A stretch of DNA of 64,000 bases, from positions 1 to 64,000 of the forward strand of contig JAUCBJ010003862.1 of assembly GCA_032718475.1 (NCBI GenBank), given 5' to 3'. The DNA comes from Nemertoderma westbladi (lineage: Eukaryota > Animalia > Xenacoelomorpha). Below, piece after piece: positions 23,333-35,860 of the stretch. The translations under genes and the position numbers were made by a program. Under the pieces are notes generated by a model that was not told the DNA's origin, searched no databases, and saw nothing but the letters and a program-made list of their open reading frames with translations. The first letter of the stretch is position 1. Every line of letters begins with the position of its first letter.

Positions 23333-25390
23333 CTAGTTCGCTCCTCCCGTCTTTGGGTACCATCTATGTTCCTTCCCCCTGTCATCGTCTTGTCTGGGCC
23401 GCTTCCTTCCCTCCAGCTTCTCCTCCCTGAGACTTCTCATTCTTGTCGCTACCGCCTTGCTTATCCCTGTCGTCGATTCTTTGGGCGCTGGTGTTATCAA
23501 CTCCCGGTAACGCTTTGCAGGTGGCCCTTCTGAGTGCCCTTCCTGCTTTCCCCCAGTAGCGTCCCACAGGATCATTTTCATTGCTTGCGGCACGTGTTCC
23601 GCCAGAAAGTCCCTGAATTCACCCCTGTTCTTTGGCGTCCATCTATCCAAGTATCTCTGCATGTTGACGACTCCTCCATATGATGCCGCTGTCGCTACCT
23701 CCTGGTAGGTGAATGGCAGTCTCCTCTTGATAATCTCCTGGTGGGCTCCCGGATTGATGTTGAAGAAGCCCCACCAGAACTCCTGGGCCTTCATCCTCTG
23801 CCGCGTCATGACGCCGACGTCGGCCCACTCCTCGAAGATCTTAAACTTCTCTTCATCGTCCATCCAGTCGCACTGGCGCCCATAGTGCCCTCGAAAGTTA
23901 CACTTTGAGCAGCGGTTGTGAAGCCTCGGACATGCACCCATCCTATGGGTCGACTCGCGGCAGTAGAGGCAACTCGTCTCCTTCTGGAATCAATACAAAT
24001 AGCTCTTTTCCTGGTGAGTCAGCCTCCCGCAGTAGTCACAGCCGTGTATCAACGCATCCCGCCCCAAGTCGTCCTTTGCCCCGAGCGGTCTCCTAGGTCT
24101 GTGGAGCCATTGATAGGCAAACATCTGGACATTATGGTCCCTACCCATATCCACGTCCTCCTCCCCCTTCGGCATCGTCTCCCCAAACACTACCCGTGGT
24201 GCCGTTCCCGGCTGCTCGCCCAACCTGATGGTGCTCCCTGTGAAATCCATCGCCAGCTCATCATGCACCCAGGCCCGCTTGCCGGGTTTATCCCAGAAGG
24301 CTCTCGCCCCGCTGGCCGTCACCACTCTCCTGCCCACCCCATCCGTATCTGAGTGTCTGATCCTCTCAATGGGCGGCATCTCCCCGAACTCGTCGTCATC
24401 TTCCTCCCTCGCTGGGAGTGGATCCGGGCCCGGTATCCCGGTAGATCCACTGTGCCCCTTTCCGCCTCGGCTTCCAGCCATAACTTTCCACCCTTTCTGC
24501 TCCCTTGGTCTCTTCCTTGCAAAATCGCCCTCGGAGCCCCCTGGTATGGGCATCACTTGCAATCCCAATGTCGACTGTTTCGGTGATCCCTCCGTCCATC
24601 CCAGTTCCTCCCCCAGAAACTCGCCCAAGCTCCCTGATCCCCACCTTAGTTCGTCCAAGTCCTGGGCTACGAACCCGTACTCCTCTCCCCTTATATCCGC
24701 CTCTCTCTCGTCTGCTTCCCTCCTTTCTCGCATGGCGATTTCTTCCAGCCTCTTCTCCTCGACTCTATCCGCTTCCAGCTTCTTCCACCTCTTGTATGGT
24801 GTGTCAACCTCTCTGTCTACTAGGTGCCGTCTATCGTAGTACACCGACTCACCCTTCAGCCCCGGGTGGTCTACCAGACCTTCGAAGGCCACCTTAAAGG
24901 CTCTCCTGTAGTTTAGAGGTGCTCCTGATAGCAGAAACGCCGTTGGCTCTCTTCCGATAACCACGGCCATGAATAGGTTTAATAAACCTATCATTATCCA
25001 ATCCTTCTGTAAGATATATCTCTTCTGATATTATATCTTCATTGCTCCCCTTCGGAACTGATATACCTCCTGTTTCTCTGGCCTCGCTCCCCATTTCAGC
25101 GAGTTCGCCAGTTCCGCTCCGTACTCCTCTCGGAACTTACCCCAGTCCATCGGCTTGTGGCAGACAAGCCCCATGAGCTGGCCCATCGCCACTGCTCCAC
25201 AATGTCCTGTGCCCGCTCCGTGCTCCTCCCGGAACTTGCCCCAGTCCATTGGCTTGTGGCAGACAAGCCCCATGAGCTGGCCCATCGCCACTGTTCCACA
25301 ATGTCCTATATTCTCTACCACCCCCAAAGTGCCAATTTTTCTTAGTTTTATTTTAATTTTATCTATGTTGCCCCCTGTCTGTGCTATCAT
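23333..25390 (-). pseudogene. Extra 3' ORF of element 2 (exonuclease-like C-terminal half, acidic linker, paired Cys/His zinc motifs); interrupted
   Basis: Collinear ORFs 25031-25390, 23990-24994 and 23333-23941 separated by stops/frameshift; HGCDYCGRLTH and CSKCNFRGHYGRQC motifs; a 34-aa internal duplication. Confidence 0.6.
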
Positions 25391-25439
25391 CCTTTCTACC
25401 TTCCTACTTCCTTCTTACTATGTACCCTATTACTACTAT

Positions 25440-25900
25440 GGTATGACTAAATACCCTTTACTTTCTTACTACATGGCGCTCTCGGTGCCCACAACCCCTC
25501 TGCTACTACTTCTACAGTATACCTACATACCATACCCTTTACTCTCTTACTATGTGGCACTTTCGGTGCCCACAACCCCTCTGCTACTACTTCTATGGTA
25601 TACCTAAATACCATACCCTCTACTCTCTTACTACGTGGCGCTTTCGGTGCCCACAATCCCTCTGCTACTACTTCTATGGTATACCTACATACCATACCCT
25701 CTACTCTCTTACTACGTGCACTTTCGGTGCCCAGAACCTCTAACTCTCTCGGTACCATCTACCCTACTACTACTCTCGTGGTATGTCTATATACCACACT
25801 CCCTATTCTCTAACTCTCCTCTTACTCTTTCTAACTTCTAACTCTTACGGTACTATGTACCCTGCTACTATTCTCATGGTATGTTAATATACCACACTCC
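25440..25900. repeat. About 81-bp tandem repeat inside element 2
   Basis: CCATACCCTCTACTCTCTTACTACGTGGCGCTTTCGGTGCCCACAACCCCTCTGCTACTACTTCTATGGTATACC-like unit, about 4 clear copies plus degenerate ones. Confidence 0.85.
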
Positions 25901-26064
25901 CTACTACTACTACTTAATGCTACGTACTATCTACTACTATTACTTTCTACTATCTCACTTCTTATTTTATTATTTTCTTATTATTTATTTTTATAATTTG
26001 TGTGGGAAGGGCGTCTCACCCTCATTCCCACCCCCCTCAGTCCAACATATTGGATGACTAAACT

Positions 26065-27717
26065 TCAAGGGCGATTCTTCCAGCAGGCACTCTCCCACTG
26101 CCCCCCTGTAGGTCCTCTTATCCTTCGCCCCACTCTCCTTGTCAATTCCAACTCTGTAGGAATTGATTCTCCCTCCTCCACCACCCTAAAATCGGGTCTT
26201 TCGGTCGCCTTCTTGATTTCCTCATGGTCCCCTGGCAGCAAAATGCCACCCTTCATCTTGTCATCACCTGGCGGTAGAATGAAAAGAAATTGAAAAAATA
26301 GATAAAACAGAATGGATAATAGTAATCCTATCCCTTTCCACCCTGTCTTCTTATTTGACCTCCCCCTTTTTGGTATGCCTCTCAACCGGACCGGCGTCTC
26401 CTCCGGACACTTCTCCGGACATCTCCCCATCCACTCTTCTCCATCCTCATATCGATACTTGTCGGGAACATCCTTGTTCCATCCCATCGTCTCTAAGTCT
26501 TCCGTATCGAATCCATTCTCCTCCGCCCACTCTCTTGCTGTTGATTCCCCTCCTAATTTATCTACCAACTCTATTTCTCTGGAACTATCCTCTATCCTTT
26601 CACCATGCTCCACTATGCGTGGTTCCAGATCCATACCTAACTCCTTGTATCCTTCCCCGGGCCGCTTCTCACATGGGACCTCCCCATCGCCCGTCTCTGG
26701 TTTCTCCTCTACGTCCTCAACAGTGCCTGACAGCATGCACCCTGATGTCTCGGACACACCAAACGATGTCCTCATCTTAATTGGGCCAGTGAGCGTCCAT
26801 CCAAATGGCTTGAGAATGGCCATCAGGTCTCGCTCCCTGTCATTGCCGAATATGGTCTGAAGTCTCTTGTGAGCTGTCAGGCAGTCCATGCCGACTATGA
26901 GAGATACCTTCGGGATGTCCAACTCGGGCACGGAGAAATCGATGTTGTCCAGGTACTGGTATTGCTCTATCTCGATCTTCGTCGGTCGCCTGGCGTTGAT
27001 ATTAATCGATTCTATTATTTGGATGGGTTTGATGTTAGCCCCATAGCCGCACCCTAGGGCTATTGCTGATATCTCGCACCATCCCATTCTCATCTCCAGG
27101 ACCTCGTCCTTGTTCGAGATAGTAGTTACCGCCATCTTACTCAGCCTCATCTGCAACCCTATCTCTTTGGCCACTCAATTCTCCATTAACGTGAATGCTG
27201 CTCCACTATCGACCAACATTAGTGTTGTGGCCAATAGCCCGTCCTTTCCTGTTATTCTCACTGGTACTACCCCAAGTAGCACTGTCCTCTTCCTCTTTGC
27301 TCCCGTCGTACTCGTAGCCATAGTTTGGCCTTCAGTCTCGTCATATTCTATCGGTGTTTCTCTACACTCTCCGAATCTGTGTCTTTCTACCAGGCATCGA
27401 TGACATAGTCCGTCTGTATCCTCGTAGGCTACCCGATCTTGTTTAGGCAACGCCTGCCAATGCATACAACTCATGGTCTTATGGGTTCCATCTCTATGTA
27501 ATTGACATTTGTATCCTGGATTGTGGCGTTCCTTGTATAGCCCTTCACATATCGCGCGTAGGTTCATATCTACCAGTTTAGTGTTTTGGTTATTTGGACT
27601 CGGCCTACTGGGTGTGTTGGGATTATATTTGTTCGTGTTGTTATTTTGTTTCTGTCCCTGCCATGGTGTGGCCCTACTCCCAGCTATCTGTGGACTTGTA
27701 GTCCCCTGCGTGGGCGC
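26065..27717 (-). pseudogene. Element 2 gag C-terminus and aspartic protease region
   Basis: CQLHRDGTHKTMSC, LCHRCLVERHRFGEC, VLLGVVPVRI, MLVDSGAAFTLM, LIVGMD, PFGWTLTGP; in-frame stop at 27175. Confidence 0.8.
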
Positions 27718-27989
27718 TGTTTCACCGTGCCACCATCGATGAAATAATATAATGAAAAAAGATCTACACCCAGAACTGCCATTGCAGTAAAAGCTTAGTT
27801 GCTTTTATATTAATAATAAATACGGCATACGGGGTCCATCAAAACACGTACATACATATATATAAATCAGTAAATAGTAAGCTTCAATCAATACCAAATA
27901 CAGGGTTGGTTCAAAAACTATACGGTTGGTTGAATTCGAATACATGCAGCAACAGTCTGACAGTAGATAGATTCGAACCAGTTCCGTCA

Positions 27990-30900
27990 GCACTCCTCAG
28001 AGCCGTCTTTCGTGTGCACAACATAGCAATGCATGCAGCGGGTTTGTCTCCCATATTCACTCTTAGACAAACAAATACTTTAATTTCATCATTTGGGTGA
28101 TCTCTCCATAAAAACCGTTTCATGTGAATCTCAGAGTCATCGAGATAAACTGAATTAAACATCTTAACAACGTCACCAATTGTTGCATATACACCCTCTC
28201 GGAAACGAAGCAACACAGATGAAAGTGGGTTTAAAACATATGGGCCTTTAACAAGTATTGAGTTCAATGAAATACCTTTATATAATTGACTGCTGTTCCA
28301 GACCAAACGAACTGGTGTGGTTTTACTATGAGGATTTAAAGCAACTTGGTGTGATATGTACCACACTGGACCAGTCCAATCATTTAACTCATTATCAGTC
28401 AACTGACGTGCAGCCCCACGGTTGACCAAGTCCCAAACTTGATCACCATAGATTTTCTTCCATTCAAGTTGCTTACATAAACGTTTCTCAGTTGCCAAAA
28501 ATACTCCTTTCACAGCACAATAATTGTTAGGTAACAATGAGGTATCCATTTCATATGGATAAAAACAATCCCAATGTGGTTCCAAGCTGTGTTTATCCCC
28601 ATCAGGCTGAAATATTAGCCCCTTTTCAATAAAAGCTAATTCTCTCTCCTCTTTGATCGACATGAGTTTACCACCAGCCTGACAATCTCCACAGCGACAT
28701 CCTCCACATTTAGGAACTGACGAAACTCCTATTTGATCAAAACAAAAATGTCGAACGAGTTGTTGAACTTCCTTATCTGCAGCTGATGATGTATGGAAAG
28801 GATGAGAATTTTCCTGAAAGGTTACAGACCTTGTGGTTAGACCTAAATGTACTGAACTTTCCAAAACAGGACATCTAGCTCCCTCAGCAGATAATCGTTC
28901 ATGGGCTCCACCCACCACATAACCATGTGGTCCATAATATAATACCAATTCGCCCATTTGCTCAATTGGTTTAGGTATACTTATAGCATTTTGAAGGGAA
29001 ATCATTAGAGATACTTTATCTGGCCTTCTCAAGTGTTGATGAGGAACATCTTGAAATATTTCTTGCAAAATATTTTCACTCACTTTATGTGACACTGTAG
29101 CTACTTCTGGTATACCATACACTAGATACTCCTTAAATCCTCCATTAATTAAACGCAATTTCACCAGATATTGACAAGTATCAAGTGAAAATGAACAATT
29201 TCCAATACCATGTATCGACAGAGAACATTTTTCCCCCTTGAGATTCAAACGCTCCGCTAACTCAAAAGAAATGTAAGATGTATCACTTCCTTGGTCAAAT
29301 ATAACTCCCTCCTCAGTTCCATCAATTATTTCAACATATTGAATCATGAGGAGACAAGGTAAATCCCGTTTTTCCAAAAACAAATCACTTTTACAAGATG
29401 TCCTTTGCGATGCAGCAATATTTGTACCAGATCTCTTATTTGATTGGTTGTGGGAGGCCTGAGGGACAAATAGTTGGCCTGGTGACTGACCAATTTTGAA
29501 CAGCCCCACTTGCTCCACTCGATGGGGCCTGAGGAATAGATCTAGATTTCACAACACCAGATCCTGAGCTATCTACATTGCTTCCAGCCGAATCACCAAC
29601 ACATTGAGAAGGCTGATGCAACATAATATTATGTTTCCTTGATGTGCATTCTGGGGCTGTACACAGCCTAGTACGTTCTAAATTTAGACAGTCACTGAGC
29701 AAATGATTTGCACCAAGGCAACCAATACACAAACCTTTACTACGAACTAACCTCCACCGTTGGGAAACATTCATAGTTTTGAATTGTCTGCATTGCCACA
29801 AAGGATGAAAGGGGGTTTCTGACACACTTTACACGAGCCTTGTCCATTTCGAGGCCTACTGGATTGGGACTGTGCACCTCCTCTCACACTTGCCAATGCC
29901 GACCCAGACACATTAGAAGATTTTACTGCTGAAGTCTTACTTTTTACAGAACTCACTTTTGACTGATCTGTAAGTTTATATTCTGCTCGCCCTTTTATGT
30001 TTAGGAGAAATTCCATCAACAATTGAAATCTTGACTCCCCTGTTATGTCATCATCATTCACTATACCTTTAACCCATTCGTCATAATAAAGTTCGGGAAG
30101 CTTTTGTTCAATCCCTCTACATACAGTAGTATTACTAATTTCAGCGAGTGAGTTCTGACTCTTGAGGTCTACAACTGCACTTTCAATAGTTTCAACAAAC
30201 GCTACTACTTGTGCAGAATCAGTAGGAGTTTCTAATGAGTTAATATCGTCAACAACAGCACTTACAGTAAAGGCCTGTGGACCAAACTTTTTATCCAGAG
30301 CCTCAAACATGACATCATAATCATCTAAAGGTAAATTTTTAAGCAATCGACGGTGTTTTTCAGGAATATTATCCCGCATTAACTGACACACTTCAGTTTT
30401 ATTTCTCCCAGGTATCACCAATGATTTAAACCTGCGAGACCAGTCCATATAATTCCGACAAGCACCGTCAAACACAGGTGGTTTGGACCGTTCAACCCGG
30501 ACAGCTTCAGAATTTTTAGCCGGTAAATCAATTCCAATACTGGACTTCCGGTCTGAATCAGCAGCGTCATCACGCCGTTTTAATTGGGAAACAATATTAT
30601 CAGCTATTGTTTTTACTGAATAAAAAGCAGTGTTCACATTATCACTCCAAATTAGAGCACTATTTTCCGCATCAGCATCACCTGTGACATACAACAGGAG
30701 TTCACGGTTTAGCTCATCACAAATAGATTTGGCATTCAAAACATCACCAAGCAGACCTGAAATAGTTAATTCTAGGCCTTCATTATCAGCGCTATCATCA
30801 TAATCGCTCAATAATTTTCTCAACTTTATTAATAAATTTTCCACTAACCTCCCATCAGCATCCCGCTGTCTTTGAATGGAGATGGATAGCCCACTTCGAT

Positions 30901-31186
30901 ACCTTGCTTTGGCGGAATTTAACCGAGTCACTTCGGCCTGGATCCATTTATTCTCCCGTGGTTTCACATTTTGAAACTCATCCTCGTCTAATGACTCTGC
31001 AAGAAGCTCCATATAAACTTCATGGGTCTCAAGTACGACTTCAGATGCCCCCTCGACCGATTTCCAAGTAGCATCCCAAATTGGACGCAAGTCAAAGTCA
31101 CCCAAGGTATCCAAGGTAGTTAAACTCGACGTGAACTTTCCTTTAGCGGAAGTTCGTCTCCTTTTAGCATCGTGGACTTCCGACAT
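27990..31186 (-). pseudogene. Element 3 gag-pol (DUF1759 gag, zinc knuckles, protease, N-terminal half of RT), two frameshifts, truncated
   Basis: PPVFDG...W...FKSLV; CIGCLGANHLLSDC; CTAPECTSRKHNIMLH; FDQGSDTSYI; PKCGGCRCGDC; TTPVRLVWNSS; GDVVKMFNSV; RVNMGDKPA, ending in LTR sequence before YxDD. Confidence 0.9.
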
Positions 31187-31331
31187 GTTCCGAACCTTTG
31201 TTCGGACTAGTGGTTCGCTTTATTGCGAACCGTACAATTTACCTGCAGACCTAGGCTAAATTCACAAATTCAGGTAGGCCAACAGGTACCGGTAATTTTC
31301 TGTTCAGGTGTGGGATCTGAATGGTTCGAAT

Positions 31332-31879
31332 TGTTTCACCGTGCCACCATCGATGAAATAATATAATGAAAAAAGATCTACACCCAGAACTGCCATTGCA
31401 GTAAAAGCTTAGTTGCTTTTATATTAATAATAAATATGGCATACGGGGTCCATCAAAACACGTACATACATATATATAAATCAGTAAATAGTAAGCTTCA
31501 ATCAATACCAAATACAGGGTTGGTTCAAAAACTATACGGTTGGTTGAATTCGAATACATGCAGCAACAGTCTGACAGTAGATAGATTCGAACCAGTTCCG
31601 TCTCCACTCCTCAAAGACATAAGTATAAACAATATTAACCGCACAGCCGGTAGAAGCCTTACTGCCGTACAGCGGTAGGCCCATCTGTCCACCTCCAAAC
31701 GCAATACAGCTATACACTGAAAAGGTAGGCCTACATTCAATGCAACAAAAATAATACAATAATAAATTCACTAGACTCGTACCGGTACTGTGGTAACCAG
31801 TATATCTGTCTCTCAAAATAACTTAAACGGGGTTATACTTTTTTAAGTACAGTAGTAACTTTCGCTCATGAGCGAAACA
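31332..31879 (-). repeat. 5' LTR of element 3
   Basis: First about 270 bp nearly identical to 27718-27988; 6-bp inverted termini. Confidence 0.92.
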
Positions 31880-31884
31880 GGCGC

Positions 31885-33465
31885 ATGTGGTAGCGACTAT
31901 CTCACTCTCGGGAATGCATCTGCTGGATTATTCCTCCCCAGACTATCCTCGCTGTAGATTGGGTCCGTGATTAGTTCCGCCTCATAATTAAGGAATTTCG
32001 ACATCTCCTCTAGCCCTGGCTCCGCACCCTTCTTCTCCCGAGTGGAGAAGGCGATCTTTCTCCACTTGTTTTTTAGCCAGATCGGCAGTGCCTGCGGGGT
32101 ATTGTGGTGATGTTATTCGATGCATTGAGTTTGTAAGGCGCATCCAAGGTCTTCAGCACAATCAGTGCCTTTTCGACTTTATTTGCGAAAGTCTTGATGC
32201 TGACAGGGTTATCCTGTAGTCCACTTGATGTTATTCCCCTCAAGGTTTGCCGGATGATCTTAGCAGGGTGTCCGAATTCCCTGTCTAGGGCCCGCCATGC
32301 AGTCATGAATCCACCCTCGATACCTTGGTACTGCCTTACGATGTCGTATGCTGGCCCCCCTGTGTAAACTTAAGTATTTTAGGCACTCTGCCTGCGTCAG
32401 ATTCTTTGTTAATATCTAGTTACTGTGCATACGCCGGAATTGCAGATATTCCTCCAGTTTGCTTCCATCGAATTTGAACGGCTCCACTGGTGGCAGCTCG
32501 ATCCTGGTCTTAAGCGCATCGATGAGTGTCGCCATTCCCATTGCCTGTACTTCTAGTGCGCTCGATGGATGCTGTACAGATTCCCCTGCTGCTGGGTGCG
32601 GTTTGCCCCCACAGGCCTGTCGACCTCTTTTGCGTCTGATATATCATTGGGGGTAACAGTCCCCTCCATATCTCTGTATCACACAATCTATTTTGGTCCG
32701 AGGGGTTTGGGGTTTTTGTTCTTGGTTGAGTATATTGCTGATATTGTAATGGGGGAATGTCACCCTGCCCCCCCTCCCCCCCCCCCCCACCGGTGTTATA
32801 TCTGGTATTGGGGTTGATGTTACCATGTTAGTGCCTATACATCTATCGGCAATAGCTCCCCCCTCCCCTGGGTATATGTAATATCCTTGCATATTATAGT
32901 CATACTGGTGTGCAGGTACCGGCATCGGCCTATCCACTCCTTGCCTATCTACCGGTATGTATGCTGCGACTTCTGGATCTAATCCCATTGTCTGCGCTAC
33001 CCTATCGCCTACACTATATCTCCCAGCATGGCCTATAGTATTTTCAGTAAGGCCTACAGTATGTCCTGCAGTCTGCCTGTGTCCTTCCGGACCGAAGTTT
33101 AATCTTCTCGAATATTCCAAGAAGTCCTCCCCATGACTACCGTACTCTCGATCGGCAGCTATGTCCCATCGGGAAGTTTCTCTTTGATCCCCTCTCCTGT
33201 CCTCATCCTCATACCGGTACATCCTGTACCCTTCTCCCAGTGTGTGGTATATCTCACCAGGCTGCGTCTCTCCGGGGCAACGGCAATCTCCAGTAGTTCG
33301 ACCCCACTGACTCTCTAACTCCATCTCTGCTACCGACGGTTCACTGTCCGTCCTTCCTCTCTGGTTGCTCGTAGCAACGCTTCTTCTATTCTCTTCGTTT
33401 CTTCTCTCTTCAGTGTAGCGATCCCCTTCATGAGATCTCGCTTCGACCTCCCGGATAAACTCCAC
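31885..33465 (-). pseudogene. Element 2 gag N-terminal region (DUF1759-like), broken
   Basis: 32644-33465 ORF followed by PVEPFKFDG and AWRALDREFGHP motifs, with stops and frameshifts. Confidence 0.7.
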
Positions 33466-33512
33466 TGTTCTTCTTCCGTCTTCCGACTGGGCTCGATTGG
33501 TCAGTTTATGAC

Positions 33513-34163
33513 TGTAACGGGATCATAGATCCCGACTGGGTTAGATATGTACGCGTTACCGTTTCGCTGGAGTAGCTGTGCTATAGTGGTTTTGGCCGAA
33601 GGCCGTTGGGGAAATAATCTAGTTTGTGTTTCTCAATCTTCCGAAATGATAATAGCACATAACTATGTATGTAATGAATATCACGATACAAAATAACAGC
33701 AGAAAATACACAGATATTAATTGGTTATGTTGGTAGCGGTGACGGTCATAAACTATGACTGGTCTGCAACTCTGTGATTAGTAAACTGACCGGTAAATCA
33801 GTAATACAGAATAATATATGATTGATACACTTCTGATATACTTCTGTACCCAGTGGATGCTTTCCTATCTCTGATCACTTGCCTCCCTCCCTGCTATTGG
33901 CTAATATACTAATTGTCACTTTGGCACTCCCTGTGAGTGTTTCCCCCTGCTGCTAGCCTCTACTAGCTGTGTTCTCCCTCCAAGGTGGTTTGACCTCTCA
34001 CCTCTCTCTGTGGCTTTAGGGCTTGTGTCGCCCCCCCCCCCCAAAGTTGGTTATGAGGCGAGATTATTATTGGTAATCTCGTATCCCCAACTATATTGAT
34101 AAAATGCCACTAGTTCCATTCTAAGGAAGGGTGGATAATGTAACAGAATTGAATCCGCTTACA
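33513..34163 (-). repeat. 5' LTR of element 2
   Basis: Direct repeat of 21880-22550 with substitutions and small indels. Confidence 0.95.
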
Positions 34164-34463
34164 TGAACGCAAAAATAAAAATTCTGGCTCACCCACGTAG
34201 GAGGTGAAACTAACTCTGTTTCGAATTTAATGAAATCTCGTTAAGATTTGTAGAAATTTTTTTTTTGGGGTGGGGGGCGGTCGGTTGGCCATGTACTTGA
34301 ATACGACACTATATATCTGGACATGGTGTGTTGTTTACACGATTATCAGTAATTCTATACTGTAATCATATTATGTTGATTTCCATAGATATAATTTCCA
34401 TCAGTTGGTTTCATACCAAAGTTATAATTCCATATAATTTTCAAAGATTAATTTATTTTGCAG

Positions 34464-35275
34464 GTCTTAAATGTTTGTTGCTCGCTCACATAATATTGTT
34501 GTACAAACATGTACCATGCACTGTGGCCGCGACCAAACAGACGTTGTTCTTGATCCTTCGAACAGCATTCTCAACTATTTCATGGGTGTGCTTTTTAATT
34601 TCAATTCAGTTCAGTCCAATAGCCGACGCGTACACTCTATACAACACAGCGCCGGCATTCACGATAATTCTCGCTTTTATTGTGTTGAAAGAAAAACCTG
34701 GTTTTTTCGGAATTATAATTTTATTTCTAACTTTAATTGGTGTTATGCTGGTTTCTCGCCCAGAGTTTATATTCGGGGCTACAAATCAACCAACTGATTA
34801 CCCATACCACGGCTACGCTATGATATTCGCTGTTACAGCGGCTGCACTTAACTCCATGGCCCATATTATAACAAGTAAAATCTCCACAGTATTCCATTAC
34901 TCTGTATTTACTTTCTATTTGTCTCTGTTTACTGCTGTTATCGGATTGATTGCTATTACATCGTCACCATTCGAAACGCCGATTGGCTGTTCACTGTTCG
35001 TACGTTTAACCCCAATTGGAACTGCCATCACAGACTTTATAGGTGTAATTTTCTATGTTATGGCTTTTCGCCGGGAAAAAGCTGGTCTCATATGTATTGT
35101 CCTGAGTCTGGATGTGGTGCTCGCTTTTCTGTATCAGATAATATTTTTTCACAGCGAAGTCATTGGTTACACCTCGATACTTGGTGCCAGTTGTATATTT
35201 TTTTGCACTGTGTCGATTTCGGTTAAAAAGTACATTGACACCATGATTCAAGCGAAAAAATTGGCTTCTATTTAG
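34464..35275 (+). CDS. SLC35G/EamA (DMT superfamily) transporter, terminal exon
   Basis: TTATTTTGCAG acceptor; multiple transmembrane helices, PIADAYTLYNTAPAFTIILAFIVLKEK, GVMLVSRPEFIFG, AFRREKAG...LDVVLAFLYQIIFF, SILGA. Confidence 0.9.
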
Positions 35276-35393
35276 GTAAAACTAACTAATATTTGGCTAG
35301 TAGCCATAAGTGTAGAATTCTATACCGAACACAGATTTGGTAGGACATGTCGTTGCTTTTATGATATCACTCTAAACGGGATAGAGACTGGGA

Positions 35394-35860
35394 ATGATGT
35401 TAGGACAATTGCAACCTGGACAATTGCGACCCGGACAATTGCGACCCGGACAATTGCGACCCGGACAATTGCAACCCATCAATTTTTTCTAAAATCATGG
35501 GTCACAATTGACCCACAAACCCACAAACAATTGCGACCTGGACAATTGCGACCCAGACAATTGCGAACCGGTTCGCAATTGTCCGGATCACAATTGTCCA
35601 GGTCGCAATTGTCCTAACATCAATCCCAATCTCTATCCCGTTTAGAGAGATTGTCCGGATCCAGATAAAAAGATGTAATGTATATCATTGATAAATATCA
35701 TTGTATCATTGTATATCATTGATAAATATCATTGTATATCATTGACAATTGCGACCCGGGCAATTGCGACCCATAATTTTTATTTAAAAACATGGGTTGC
35801 AATTGACCGGGTCGCAATTATCCGGGTCACGATTGTTCGAGTCGCAATTGTCCGGACTCC
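35394..35860. mobile_element. Non-autonomous foldback/MITE-type insertion built of 15-bp GGACAATTGCGACCC repeats
   Basis: Repeats occur in both orientations; flanked by ACTGGGA (35387-35393) and ACTGGGG (35861-35867); absent from the paralogous copy near 45870. Confidence 0.75.

Larger units (their letters stand above)
27718..31879 (-). mobile_element. BEL/Pao LTR element 3 nested in element 2; internally deleted; TSD GGCGC
   Basis: 5' LTR 31332-31879 (TGTTTC...GAAACA), truncated 3' LTR 27718 to about 27999; GGCGC at 27713-27717 and 31880-31884. Confidence 0.92.
21880..34163 (-). mobile_element. BEL/Pao-derived LTR element 2 (gag and protease, no RT/RNase H/integrase seen, extra 3' ORF); TSD TGAAC
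   Basis: LTRs 21880-22550 and 33513-34163 (TG...CA); TGAAC at 21875-21879 and 34164-34168; PPT GGGGGGAG(-) at 22551-22558; gag fragments 32073-33465; knuckles and LVDSGA protease at 27175-27567; KPFGWTLTGP in 26065-27174. Confidence 0.92.

Noticed and set aside
33485-33512. tRNA-Tyr primer-binding site for element 2
   Set aside because: TGACCAATCGAGCC only loosely resembles TGGTCCTTCGAGCC; too degenerate to call.
34328-34463. N-terminal part of the 315-aa ORF as coding
   Set aside because: AT-rich sequence ending in a strong acceptor at 34463; better explained as intron with the true upstream exon at 21136-21260.
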